Shown in pieces: positions 36,582 to 49,191 of a DNA stretch of 64,000 nt. The notes beneath the pieces are model-generated. The model ran no database searches and was not told the origin of the DNA. It saw only the letters and a list, made by a program, of their open reading frames with translations. The position numbers were made by a program, and so were the translations under genes. The stretch comes from Macrostomum lignano (taxonomy: Eukaryota), in assembly GCA_002269645.1 (NCBI GenBank), contig NIVC01003798.1, forward strand, positions 12,316 through 76,315. Reading direction: 5' to 3'. Positions within the stretch are counted from its first letter, which is position 1. Every line of letters starts with the position of its first letter.

Positions 36582-38627
36582 GCAGATAGATAGATAGATA
36601 GGCAGATAGATAGGCAAATAGATAGGCACAGGCAGATTAGATAACCCACCTCTCAGCTGTTCGGCGTGCCGTCTCTGCGTGTCGGCCTGCCGCCGCTCGA
36701 TCCGGTCCTTGAGCTGGTTGATGCTCCTGGCGTGCTCCTCCTCCAGCTGGCTGTGCAGCTGCTGCCGCTTCTCCTCCCGCTCGGTCCTGTTGCGGGCCCG
36801 CTCCGCAGCGGCGGCCTCGCGCTTCTCAGCAATCTCGCGTTCTTTGCAAGCTCGGCGCTCCTGAATTTTTTTTGATGAAGATGATGAGAGTTGTCATATT
36901 TATTGAAAAGGAAAGTTTGTATGATCGCATAATTACATTTCTTGGAAAAAACGCAGAACCACGTCTTTCATAGAAACAAATCTGTACACAGCTTACAGTA
37001 CTTCTTAGAAATACTAGCCTAGAATATATCGTTTTCTTAGAATAAAGCTTACAAGGTAGTATTTTCTTAGAAAATTAGCCTAGAATCTCGTTTTTCTTAG
37101 AAATTTAAGCTTAAGAGTATCATGTTTTCTTCGAAACACAGACGCAACTTCCAAGTTTTCTTAGAAATTCTAACAGAAGTGCATAGAATATGCAGCGTTT
37201 CCTAGAAAGCAGAGCGGCACAGCTTACCTGCTGACTGGCCAACCGAGCGAGCCGGCTGTCCTCGATATTCTTTCGCCGAATCTCCGCGGCAGCCTCCCGT
37301 TTGGCGTTGATCTCGCTGCGTCGGCGACGGACTTTCTCCTTTTCGGCGAGTCGCTGCTCGCTCTCGGCGTGCTTGGCCGCGATGTCGGCCAGGCGTTGCT
37401 CGGCGCCGAGGCTCTGGATGAACTGGATCTCGCGGCCTTTGGTCTCCTCGTCGTGTGCTTTGCGAATCTGAGTTGCAATTAATCATCTTTGTCAGAGATT
37501 TCTGTCAGAAATATTCTACTGTTAAAGCATTTGTGTCCAGCAGGGATACTAATCAGTATTTAAAAATAGTCAGAAAGTCAAACAAAAAACTTTTCATGCT
37601 GTCATATCTGTCAGAATAGACAATGTGTCAGACTGTCAGAATTGTGTCAGATTCAGAAGGCTACACCAACAATGTGTCAGGCTGGCAGAATTTGTGTCAG
37701 ACTGTGAAGGCTAGGCTACATCAACAATGTGTCAGGCTGGCAGAATTGTGTCAGACTCTGAAGGCTACATCAACAATGTGTCAGGTTGCCACGATTTGTG
37801 TCAGACTCAGAAGGCTACATCAACAAATGTGTCAGGTTGCCACAATTTGTGTCAAACTCTGAAGGCTACATCAACAATGTGTCAGGTTGCCACAATTTGT
37901 GTCAGACTCAGAAGGCTACATCAAGAATGTGTCAGTCAGTCAGAATTTGTGTCAGACTCTGAAGGCAACATCAAGAATGTGTCAGTTAGTCAGAATTTGT
38001 GTCGACTCAGAAGGCTACATCAACAAATGTGTCAGGTTGCCACAATTTGTGTCAGACTCAGAAGGCTACATCAACAATGTGTCAGGTTGCCACAATTGTG
38101 TCAGGCAGCAGGCAATAAATCAAGCCGAACCTTCTCCTCCAGGGCCGCATTTCTCTTTGCCTCAGCCCGACTCATCCGCTGCTCCAGCAGGCAGCGCCGC
38201 TCATCCAGCAGCTGCTGTCGCTCCTGTTTTACTTCGTCGATGCGTTTAGTGAGGTCGCGGACTCGCTCCACGCGCTCCTCGAACAGGCGTTCCCGAGTTT
38301 CCCGGGCTTTTACCTGGGGGCAAGGGGCGTTAGGGACGGATTGGATATTGAAGACAGCTGCTGCATTTATTTTGTTTATTCAGTTCGAAATGCGCCGTTT
38401 GGCAGGGATGGCACGTTTTTTATCAAGCCACGGGATTAATTTGTAAAATACATGCGCTATAGCTGGCACACTGCGTACAACTGTACTTTCATAACGAACA
38501 TTTGAGCTTTGTCTACATAACAAACAGACAGGAACAGGTACAATAACAGACAGACAGTCGGACAGACACACACACATACAGACAGACAGACAGACAGACA
38601 GACACACACAGACAGACAGACAGACAC

Positions 38628-38668
<41 letters not shown>

Positions 38669-38707
38669 AAGACAGACAGATAGACAGACACACAGACAGA
38701 CAGACAC

Positions 38708-38742
<35 letters not shown>

Positions 38743-38765
38743 GTCAGACAGACAGACAGACAGAA

Positions 38766-38798
<33 letters not shown>

Positions 38799-38862
38799 GC
38801 AGACAGACAGACAGAAAGACAGACAGACGGACACACACACAGACAGACACACAGACAGACAC

Positions 38863-38905
<43 letters not shown>

Positions 38906-39204
38906 GTCAGTCAGACAGACAGTCAGTCAGTCAGACACAGACAGACAGACGGACAGACAGACAGTCAGTCAGACAGACAGTCAGTCAGTCAGACAGTCAG
39001 ACAGACAGACAGACAGACAGTCAGTCAGACAGTCAGACAGACAGACAGTCAGTCAGTCAGACAGACAGACAGTCAGTCAGACAGTCAGACAGACAGACAG
39101 TCAGTCAGACAGACAGTCAGACAGACAGTCAGTCAGACAGACAGTCAGTCAGACAGTCAGACAGACAGACAGACAGTCAGACAGACAGACAGACAGACAG
39201 TCAG

Positions 39205-39243
<39 letters not shown>

Positions 39244-39296
39244 GTCAGACAGTCAGTCAGACAGACAGACAGACAGACAGACACACAGACAGACAC

Positions 39297-39327
<31 letters not shown>

Positions 39328-39344
39328 CACACAGACAGACACAC

Positions 39345-39433
<89 letters not shown>

Positions 39434-42400
39434 GTCAGTCAGACAGTCAGTCAGTCAGACAGACAGTCAGTCAGACAGTCAGTCAGTCAGACAGACAGTC
39501 AGTCAGACAGTCAGACAGACAGACTCACCTGTTTCTCAGCCAGCTTGTCCGCATCAGCATCGCCCCGCTTCCTAGCGGACAGCTTGTCGTGAATGTGCGC
39601 GCACCGGCCGGGGGTCCGGGCACGCTCGCCGAAGGTCTCCTCGTCGGCGTCTTCCTCCTCCTGCAGGGCGGCCATTAGCTCCCAGGGCACGGTGGTCTGC
39701 TGCAGTCGGGTGTTCTGAGCAACCAGCTCATCCCAGGTCATTGGTCGGGTGTAATCGACAAGGTTCACCAGCTCCTCATGATTGAGAGCCGTCTCCAGCT
39801 CTGCCTGGTCCCTTTCCATCGCGTCCAGCTGTCTGAATAAACAAATTGGCAGATATGCAGATATTGGAGCATTTGGCTAAAATAATGGATTTAATCAAAA
39901 TGTTTTTATATTAGCCAAAAACGATTTTTACTCTCTAACGATGTGATTAGACTTTAAAGAGTCAAAAAATTGTGATTTGGACGGCAGATGATCTCACACT
40001 TCAGATAAAGATAGCAGGGAATCTCATCCCTGACACAGGGTTAACAGAGAATCTCATTTAATGATAAAAACATTTATCACACGAAATTGGAATAAGAATA
40101 TTAAATTGAGATAGACAGAGTATCTCATCCTGAGACTGGTAAAAGAGAATCTCACCCTGAGACTGGTAAAAGAGAATCGCACCCTGAGACTGGTAAAAGA
40201 GAATCTCATCCTGAGACTGGTAAAAGAGAATCTCACCCTGAGACTGGTAAAAGAGAATCTCACCCTGAGACTGGTAAAAGAGAATCTCACCCTGAGACTG
40301 GTAAAAGAGAATCTCACCCTGAGACTGTGATAATAGAGAATCTCACTCTGAGACTGTGATAATAGAGAATCTCACCCTGAGACTGTGATAACAGAGAATC
40401 CCACCCTGAGACTGTGATAGCAGAGAAGAGAATCTCACCCTGAGATTTCCACAGCAAAGATTCTCACCCTGAGACTGTGATAACTGAGAATCTCACCCTG
40501 AGACTCTGATAGCAAAGAATCACATCCTGAGGCAGAAATTAAAGAAAATATCCCAATTTCAAATGTTATACAGAAAGGAAAGAGTACAAGACGTACTGTA
40601 AGACTTTATCTAGACCAGAATCTCGCATTAAATTTGCTACCAACCTTTCCAGCTGCTCAATATCACCCGTCGACTCGTCGTCAACTTCGCTACCAGTTCC
40701 AGCATCGGCCAAATCGTCGCTATCGAACTCTTCAACAGTTCGACTACTACTAGTAGGCCCTTCTGCTAACAATGTCGTTTCATTGTTGCTTTTATCGGTT
40801 CGAGTTTCTCCGGATTCGACGTCGCCCAACGCAGGCTCGACAATATCGACTTTCTCTGGCACCGCCGTGGCGTCGGATTGAGCATCGACATCGGCACTGG
40901 CGGCAACGTCTTCGGGTGATCCGGTATCAGCGGTTGGAGTCGTTGGCGTTGCTTCAACAGCTACGGACGTAGTTTTGCCTGAGCTGCCGCCGCCGCCGCG
41001 TCGACCTCGGCGTACAACTGCCCAACCGCCGTCGCTGACAGACGCGGGACAAGCAGCAGCAACAGAAGCAGACGGATGAGCAATAACTGTGGCTGCAGAA
41101 GCATTCTTAGCAGAATTTGCAACAACAGCAGCCGCAGCAGCAGACGAAGTTGAAGAAGAAGACAGCTTAGTTGAAGAAGAACCGCTAGCAGCGTTGGCAA
41201 CGGCGACAACCGCGGCTCCGGCTTCAAGTAGCAGCTGCTGCTGTTGCAGACTGGCCCGGACTTTGTCTGCCCAGCTGCTGCTGTTGCTGTTATTGTTATT
41301 ATTATTAGTGTTGCTACTGCTGGCTAAGTGCCCGCCGCCTGTCACGCTACCGTTAGCTGTGACCGGGCTGCGAACCCGACTGCTGCCTGCGTTCAGGCTG
41401 CGCTCAAGCACCTGGTTAATGTTTCGGGTGGATGTTTTGGTAGATTTAGGCTGAATGTTACCAAAGATATAAAAAATCAATTCTTGAGGTTTGAATCATT
41501 GATGAGATCAACATTTTTTTAAAGCGTCAAGTCGATTTGAGGACGTTTGATCGTAATTGGGAAATTCATCGAAAGTTTTATAAAGAGTTGTAGCCTAGGG
41601 GGTTGTAGCCTAGGGGATTGTAGCCTAGGGGATTGTAGCCTAGGGGGTTGTAGCCTAGGGGATTGTAGCCTAGGGGATTGTAGCCTAGGGGATTGTAGCC
41701 TAGGGGATTGTAGCCTAGGGGGTTGTAGCCTAGGGGATTGTAGCCTAGGGGATTGTAGCCTAGGGGGTTGTAGCCTAGGGGGTTGTAGCCTAGGGGATTG
41801 TAGCCTAGGGGGTTGTAGCCTAGGGGGTTGTAGCCTAGGGGGTTGTAGCCTAGGGGATTGTAGCCTAGGGGGTTGTAGCCTAGGGGATTGTAGCCTAGGG
41901 GATTGTAGCCTAGGGGATTGTAGCCTAGGGGATTGAAGCCTAGGGGATTGTAGCCTAGGGGATTGTAGCCTAGGGGATTGTAGCCTAGTGGATTGTAGCC
42001 TAGGGGATTTTAGCCTAGGGGGTTGTTGCCTAGGGGATTGTAGCCTAGGGGATTGTAGCCTAGGGGGTTGTAGCCTAGGGGGTTGTAGCCTAGGGGATTG
42101 TAGCCTAGGGGATTGTAGCCTTGGGGATTGTAGCCTAGGGGGTTGTAGCCTAGGGAATTTTAGCCTAGGGGATTGTAGCCTAGGGGATTGTAGCCTAGGG
42201 GGTTGTAGCCTAGGGGGTTGTAGCCTAGGGGATTGTAGCCTAGGGGATTGTAGCCTAGGGGTTGTAGCCTAGGGGGTTGTAGCCTAGGGGGTTGTAGCCT
42301 AGGGGATTGTAGCCTAGGGGATTGTAGCCTAGGGGGTTGTAGCCTAGGGGGTTGTAGCCTAGGGGGTTGTAGCCTAGGGGGTTGTAGCCTAGGGGATTGT

Positions 42401-43152
42401 AGCCTAGGGGATTGTAGCCTAGGGGATTGTAGCCTAGGGGATTGTAGCCTAGGGGATTTTAGCCTAGGGGATTGTAGCCTAGGGGATTGTAGCCTAGGGG
42501 ATTGTAGCCTAGGGGATTGTAGCCTAGGGGGTTGTAGCCTAGGGGATTTTAGCCTAGGGGATTTTAGCCTAGGGGATTTTAGCCTAGGGGGTTGTCCTTG
42601 AAGTGAACAGCCGTACGCAGCCTTCAGATGCGCCGCGCAATGGCTGCGGCTGAGCTGTCGGTTTCAAATCGCCCTTATTATTTCATAACTACATAATAAG
42701 GATTTCTATTTGAGCATAGCAACTGGACCTACCTGTTTCATAATCGGCTTGCATGGCGAAGTTTTCCTCTCTTCCCAAGCGATGGGAGCCCCGCCGATTC
42801 TTTCGGCGGCGCCGTCCTCGCTGAACAGGCGAATCTTTTCAACTAGGGCGGCGAAGTCCCGGCAACAGTGCTCCAGGATGATGTGCACCTCGCGGCATTC
42901 GGCCTCGCTTTGGTCCGCTTCGCAGGTTGAATAAATTTCGTCTATAGTGCGCTTCAGATTCTCCAATAGCAGGGCCCAGTAGCGCTCCCGCAGGTCCGGG
43001 GCTCGCACTGGGGTTGAAGACTTCTTGCGGTGACCGCTCGAACTGCCAGGCTGATGCTGCAGGTATGGGGTGTTCCAGGTTTAAGATAGATAGATAGATA
43101 GATAGATAGACAGACAGATAGATAGGCAGACAGATAGATAGATAGATAGATG

Positions 43153-43195
<43 letters not shown>

Positions 43196-43274
43196 GGATA
43201 AATAGATAGATAAATGGATAGATAGAAAGATAGATAGATAGATAGATATATAGGCAGACAGATAGATAGATGGG

Positions 43275-43341
<67 letters not shown>

Positions 43342-43391
43342 GCAGACAGATAGATAGATGGGTAGATAGATAGATAGATAGAAAGGCAGAC

Positions 43392-43438
<47 letters not shown>

Positions 43439-43447
43439 AAGGCAGAC

Positions 43448-43486
<39 letters not shown>

Positions 43487-43567
43487 AAGATAGATAGATA
43501 GATAGAAAGGCAGACAGATAGATAGAAAGGCAGATAGATAGATAGATAGATAGATAGAAAGGCAGAC

Positions 43568-43658
<91 letters not shown>

Positions 43659-43663
43659 CAGAC

Positions 43664-43726
<63 letters not shown>

Positions 43727-44256
43727 CAGACAGATAGAAAGGCAGACAGATAGATAGAAAGGCAGACAGATAGATAGAAAGGCAGACAGATAGATAGAAA
43801 GGCAGACAGATCTACCTGGTGACTGGCAGCCGTGGACGCCGCAGAAGGTCTCCTAGACGATTGCTTCGATGCGGTGGAGGCTGGCGCAGGCGGTGCAGCA
43901 GAAGCCGCAGCGCTGGAGGCAGCGGACGCATCCTCAACTGGCACATTGAACTTGAGCAGATTCCTAGCATTAGCGCCCTCCTCCATAACGGCCTGCTTCA
44001 ACTTGTCGAAACTGTTGCTATTGACAACGCCAGCCTCGCTAGAGCCATTGGTTACAGCAGAGTCAGTGCCAGCCAATGCTGCTGTTGATGCAGAGGAGAC
44101 TGGAACAGTTTTAGATGCTGATTTTGATGCGGCAGCCGATGTTGATGAAGCTTCACTCTTGGCTGCTGTAGCAGCACTATTGTTATTTCTATTAAGTCGA
44201 GTACGATTTCGCTGCTGTTGGAGCTTCTGCTGCTGCGAGTGGGACTTAAAAGACAT
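32703..44256 (-). CDS. SCAPER: SCAPER (S phase cyclin A-associated protein in the ER) orthologue, 10 coding exons, ~1466 aa
   Basis: Exons 44256-43816, 43056-42733, 41450-40597, 39832-39529, 38313-38131, 37467-37228, 36860-36650, 36112-35329, 34308-33963, 33416-32703; all GT/AG, all phases consistent, sum 4401 bp. Motifs: [19 protein letters not shown]; [35 protein letters not shown]...[10 protein letters not shown]; [14 protein letters not shown]; [20 protein letters not shown]; C2H2 finger [24 protein letters not shown]; C-terminal [30 protein letters not shown]. The start codon at 44256 is assumed. Confidence 0.93.
33445..33870. repeat. Degenerate ~30-bp intronic repeat (GACCTTCATTGTTACTTAGTGAGCACCCCT)
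   Basis: Imperfect periodicity, SCAPER intron 33417-33962. Confidence 0.85.
34440..35320. repeat. 21-bp intronic minisatellite (CCCAACCCTAATCCCACTCAT) containing the CCCTAA hexamer
   Basis: Periodicity 21 with a gradient to a CCCAACGATAAT variant; SCAPER intron 34309-35328. Confidence 0.92.
36136..36640. repeat. (AGAT)n intronic microsatellite
   Basis: Fills SCAPER intron 36113-36649. Confidence 0.97.
36940..37210. repeat. Highly degenerate ~30-bp repeat with TTTCTTAGAAA core
   Basis: Core recurs about 8 times in SCAPER intron 36861-37227. Confidence 0.6.
37620..38105. repeat. Degenerate ~50-bp intronic repeat (TGTGTCAGACTCAGAAGGCTACATCAACAATGTGTCAGGTTGCCACAATT)
   Basis: Imperfect periodicity with an internal TGTGTCAG subrepeat, intron 37468-38130. 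Confidence 0.85.
38525..39524. repeat. (GACA)n/(GTCA)n intronic microsatellite
   Basis: Runs up to the donor at 39528. Confidence 0.97.
40020..40530. repeat. 27-bp intronic minisatellite (GAGAATCTCACCCTGAGACTGGTAAAA)
   Basis: Periodicity with degenerate ends, intron 39833-40596. Confidence 0.9.
41587..42595. repeat. 15-bp intronic minisatellite (TTGTAGCCTAGGGGR), ~67 copies
   Basis: Direct periodicity, intron 41451-42732. Confidence 0.97.
43085..43811. repeat. (AGAT)n/(AGAC) intronic microsatellite
   Basis: Fills SCAPER intron 43057-43815 up to the donor. Confidence 0.97.
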
Positions 44257-44699
44257 TGCTGATGCGTGTGCACCTGCAATTGGGGCATTGCAGGTCAGCT
44301 ATAGGTTACAAAAAATGACACCCTTTAAAAGTATTATTTTTGCTTCTTTAAAGCATTATTCAAAATTATGGTTCCAGATTCACACTGCCAGTTGGTGTTA
44401 GTCAACTTTTCAAACTTTGCTAAAAAGTTGGTTGAAGCAAATCAATTTAGTTAGAAGTTATATACAATCATTTCGAACATCTGAGATCAAAATTTATTAT
44501 CTATCAAAATTTATTACATTAAAATTGAAGTTGATAATATGAAATAGGCTAATTATAATATATAGTTTAATTTAATTTATATAGTTTGATTATAACTCAT
44601 TTCTAGTAATGCTTTGGTAGCATTCTGATGCACTATGGTATTGTTCTGATATATTCTAGTATTGTTCTAATGTATTTTAGTATTCTGGCCTGAGTAGTC

Positions 44700-44880
44700 T
44701 TTACTACTATATATATGCGCAATTGCTGGCTACCTGGCTGATCTGGCCACTGTAAATTGTGATAGATAATAAGCTGCAAAAATGCCTGCCCAAAAGAATA
44801 TATATATATATAGTACTAATTGGATGACAAGGCATTTAGCTTTAATAAGATAAATTATAGTTACTCTTGCCATTTACTAG
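44700..44880 (-). mobile_element. Inverted fragment of the same Gypsy family (region upstream of the PPT)
   Basis: Its reverse complement aligns with 50190-50350, e.g. an exact AATTTACAGTGGCCAGAT and near-matches CTAAATGCCT..CATC.AATTAGTACTA and GGCATTTTTGC. Confidence 0.75.
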
Positions 44881-45509
44881 AAATTGTATAAATTTTTGCC
44901 CTTTAAGGTTTCTTTTATATATAAGGCACATTTTTGGTCAAAAAATAATTTGCATAGCCAGTAAAAATCAGGAAGGATGCATATATATGTACTAATACAT
45001 ATACTTCTCCCGATTTGGCTACTACTGGGATTAGAATATCATAGCATAACTCTGGATTTTTTTAATAACTTTTAATTCTCCCTCTTGATAAATCTCTGAA
45101 CTATTTTCAAAAACTTTGGAAATGACTAATTTACTTTAACTTTAAGCTTATTGTTTTAAGGTTTCAAGGTTTATTGTTTTAAACTACTTAAGATTTAACT
45201 TATGAAATAAGTTGATTTCATTTGAGATAAAATCACTCCTATATATAATTGTTTTCCTCCATGCATTAATAACAAAAATAATTCAACAATTTATTTTTCA
45301 TAGTAAAATAAATATATTTAATGTATTCAAATGAAAATATTATTTAGCCTCTGCTAATTTGGTACAAAAATGATAAAAAGTAACACTACTATAAATTCTA
45401 CTCTATTATGTTATTGTGGTAGTGCAGGCTACCACAAGAGGTTTGGAACTGTTTAATTGTCCAAAGACATTTTTCCACAAAGCCCCCCCCCCCACACCTC
45501 CCTCTTCAA

Positions 45510-46497
45510 TGACAAAATCTGTCATCATTGCCCACCCTTGGTCTGTCCCTTCCATTGGTCTCCCTGGTCCTGCCCCTGTTCCTATGTCTGTCTCCACTGT
45601 TGACCTATCCAATGTTTTATTTTGTTTTACTTGCTTTTCTGCATTGGTACTTGTGTTGACCTATCCCGTGGGCTCCTATTCCGCCTGTTGCCCTGCTAGT
45701 TGCCCCATTCCTCACTCAACCATTTGTCCCACGCATTGGTGATTTTGTTGTCAATACTGATATGGCTAGACTGGCCGCATTTCATGCATCCTCTTATCCC
45801 CTTGTTTCCTTTTGATTGCTTGTTTCCTACTCCTTTTTTACTTTTTGCTTCATTACTTAATTACTTAATTACTACTAGTTTATTTATTTATTTCTTATTT
45901 GCCTCACTGAGAGTGCACAACCATTTGTTTAATTTCCAATAGTATATTCAGCCCCTTGGCACAGCCAGAGCAATCTTGCTTGTTTGTCCTATTATTAATA
46001 TCAGTTAGCTTACTTAAAAAATTAATAAACCCTAACTCGTTATTTATTCACATAAATTATTAAAGCCCTGTTCATTTATCTTGAGTCATTTGCCTGTGGG
46101 ACATATAATAACCAAATCTCAACTCTGAATGAGCTCAGCTTGGAGATATCAACATTTCTTAATCCAAAATTATAGTAGTGTCAGCACTACTTTACTGAAA
46201 GTAATCAGTTAAGCAAATTGGCAAACATTGAAATTTACAATGTCAAGACCTTGGTGTCTACCATCTAAATGACTATACCTGCTAAAGACTGCTTGACTGC
46301 GATTATGACTACCTTCCCCCTGGAATTGAGGACCCAGCAGATGGAATATCTATGGAGAAAATTAACCCAAACAAGTCAATGAAACTTTCTAGCTTTACAA
46401 GTGCTAAGTTAGGGATGGCGGCAATTTGAAGGTGGAATTTTTACAAGAATTGGTCAACCACTGCTCCAAAAGTGTTCTTTTCTCTGCCCCCACCTCA
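45510..46497 (+). repeat. 5' LTR
   Basis: TG...CA termini, followed by the PBS; aligns with 50371-51258. Confidence 0.82.
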
Positions 46498-47034
46498 TTG
46501 GTGTCAGCTAAGTGGGATTACAAAATGGCAAAACCCATTTGACGAGTCCTTCAGAATTTACATAATGGCTTTGACTACTAACTCAATGGCCGCAGACACA
46601 ACAGCTGATGCTGTAGGCCCCAACAATTCAGCTACAAGACCAACCTACGACAAGATGATCTGTGCAAGATGATCTGTTAAGTCCAACCTTTTCATGGTCA
46701 TATTTGTCATATAATGTTTTAGAAACAGTCTAAAACAGGCTATCAGTGTAGGCATAAAAGTACTAAGGTTGCAGGGCTGCACAAGAAGTTACTAAATTAC
46801 TAATTATCTGCCCATTCTTCTCACTGTCCTTGTTTATAAAGATAGTTTATGTGGTTTATGAAGATAGTTTATGTAAAAAGTCTAATAATCTAAAGAAATC
46901 TAACATTCATTCATCACAGCAATGACATCAGTGACAGCAGCAGTAGCAGCAGCAATGATAGCTCTAGCAACAACAGTGTCACAATCCAACCTGACAATGA
47001 CAAAGAGGCTACCATCATCGTGGATAAGCAATGC

Positions 47035-47295
47035 AGATTGTTGATGCCAGTGTCAGCACAGCCATTGAAACAGTTCATGCTAGTGTTGGCACAGCCATCG
47101 AAAGTGTTGATGTCGGTGTTGGCACAGCCATCAAAGCTGTAAATGCCAGGGTTGACATAGATGTCAAAAGTGTTGATGTTGGTGTCGGCATAGCTGTCAT
47201 AGCTGTAGATGCCAGTGTTGGCACAGATGTCAAAAGTGTTGATGTTGGTATTGGCACAGCTATCAAAACTGCTGATGCCAGTGTTGACAATGAAC
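47035..47295 (+). repeat. 33-bp/11-aa degenerate repeat in the gag-position region (VDASVGTAIKS-like), ~8 copies
   Basis: ORF 47031-47582 reads VDASVSTAIET VHASVGTAIES VDVGVGTAIKA VNARVDIDVKS VDVGVGIAVIA VDASVGTDVKS VDVGIGTAIKT ADASVDN. Confidence 0.8.
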
Positions 47296-49191
47296 ATATT
47301 GAGGACTACGGCAACAACTATACAACCATCATTCTGACAAAAAGTGAGGATGAGTCTATTAATTCTAATGATAACAAGCTAGATTCTTCACTTAGACATA
47401 CTGCACAATCTGGTGCTGGCTGCTCGACAATGCTTAACATGTATGCCAAACATAAACAATTGCTTCAGTTGATAAATTGCACTATTGGGCGCTCAATTCG
47501 ACAAGTCATTGAAGACCTACAAACAAATGGGCCAGGCAGCGCGCATCCCATGCTGCCCAGCAAGAGGAGCTATATGAATTAAGTAGAAAGTCATCCTTCG
47601 CTCCACTTTTGCTCATTGGCTGAGCAAGACAAAATTCACAATCTTATGTCATTGTTTGTGAATATGTGGAAGAGTAAGTTCACCATCTTGAAGAAGTCAA
47701 TGGAATTGAATTAAACCATTGAGCAGGTTTTTTAAACTCTTTAAACTCCAAATATGTCATTTTGTTCATGTTTAATTGAATGTTTAATCCCAATTTATCA
47801 TATTGATGATCTTATCAATGTAATGCTGTGTATGCTTGATTAATGAAGTATGCTTTGAAGGCTTAATCTCCTTTTCTGGTATGTTTTTTAGTACTCTAAC
47901 CCAAATAAATTATAATTCAGCTTGCTTCATGCAAAACTGACTTTTAGCAAGTCGATTTGAATGACTCAATAATTTTTTACTTTTACTTTCTTGTGCAACT
48001 AAGTTTACATTTAAGAATAGATAGATTTTTACATCTAGTTTCTTTAATTTTCAAAGATAAAGGTTAAATGCACATTAATCTATCACTTCCAGCCCTTCTT
48101 AAAAAATATCGGCTTCTGATGAAAAACTTAGGCACAGTCTGACACACAGAAGCCAAAAGTCACGGCCAAGAGCGAGTACATCATAGCCGAGAGCGAGTAC
48201 ATCATAGCCATGAGCAAGTACTTCATGGCCACAGATCTCAATAAGGGAGCTCCATCGGTTATGATGATTGCCTCTATACCCCTTCATGGCCATGAGTTCA
48301 ATGGGCTCATTCCATATAAGATAGACATATTTGGAAAATAGAAAAAAGTCAATATTTTTGCTTGCCATTGCCTAATTAGCCTATTTTTTTACCAAATGTT
48401 TATATTGTGCAATATATACAATCTAAGAATAAAGGAATGGTAAAATGTTGGATTAGTATGTTATCAATTGGCAAAAAGTCATTTTTGTAAAAATTTGGAC
48501 ATTTTTCGAAGCAAAAGACATCATTAAGATTTTGTACCTTTTAAAAACAAATAGAAAGCTTTTGAAGGTTGAAACAAACTATAGATAAAAGTATAGTACT
48601 TGCATCATCAGATAAAAGCATTGGTGACCAAATAATCTATTATATTTTTAATGTATTAGTACCTCAAAGTTACTGAATTGACAGAAAAAAATATGTTACG
48701 ACCATAATGTTACGACCATAAGGCTGCCTTTTCTTTTGTATCTTTGTTGCCTTTTGAGTTTATATATTCTAATAAAAGAGTATGATTTCTAAAGATGTTC
48801 TTAGTCAAATTTTAAAAATGTATTGCAAAATATAAAAAATGAAAAATGTTATAAGACTTTTACCTTTTAGTTTCTATATGTCAAAAATCCTGTCGTTACG
48901 ACCATAAGTGTCATTTAAGGTTTAATAGCATCTATACTAATGATGATATCTATATGAAACTCTATAAATATATTCTAGACAAAATAATCTTTCATTTAAA
49001 ATATTGGTTTAGTATATTCTATTATTAGATTTCATTTTATAAGTAAAAATAACCTGTCATGTTACGACCATGCTTATATGGAATGAGCCAATGAATTTCC
49101 TAATGCTATCCAGTTCTAGTTCTAGAGATCTATAAATCTAGAAATAGTTCTAGAAGTTCTAGAAGTTCTAGAAATCTATGGGCAATGCACA

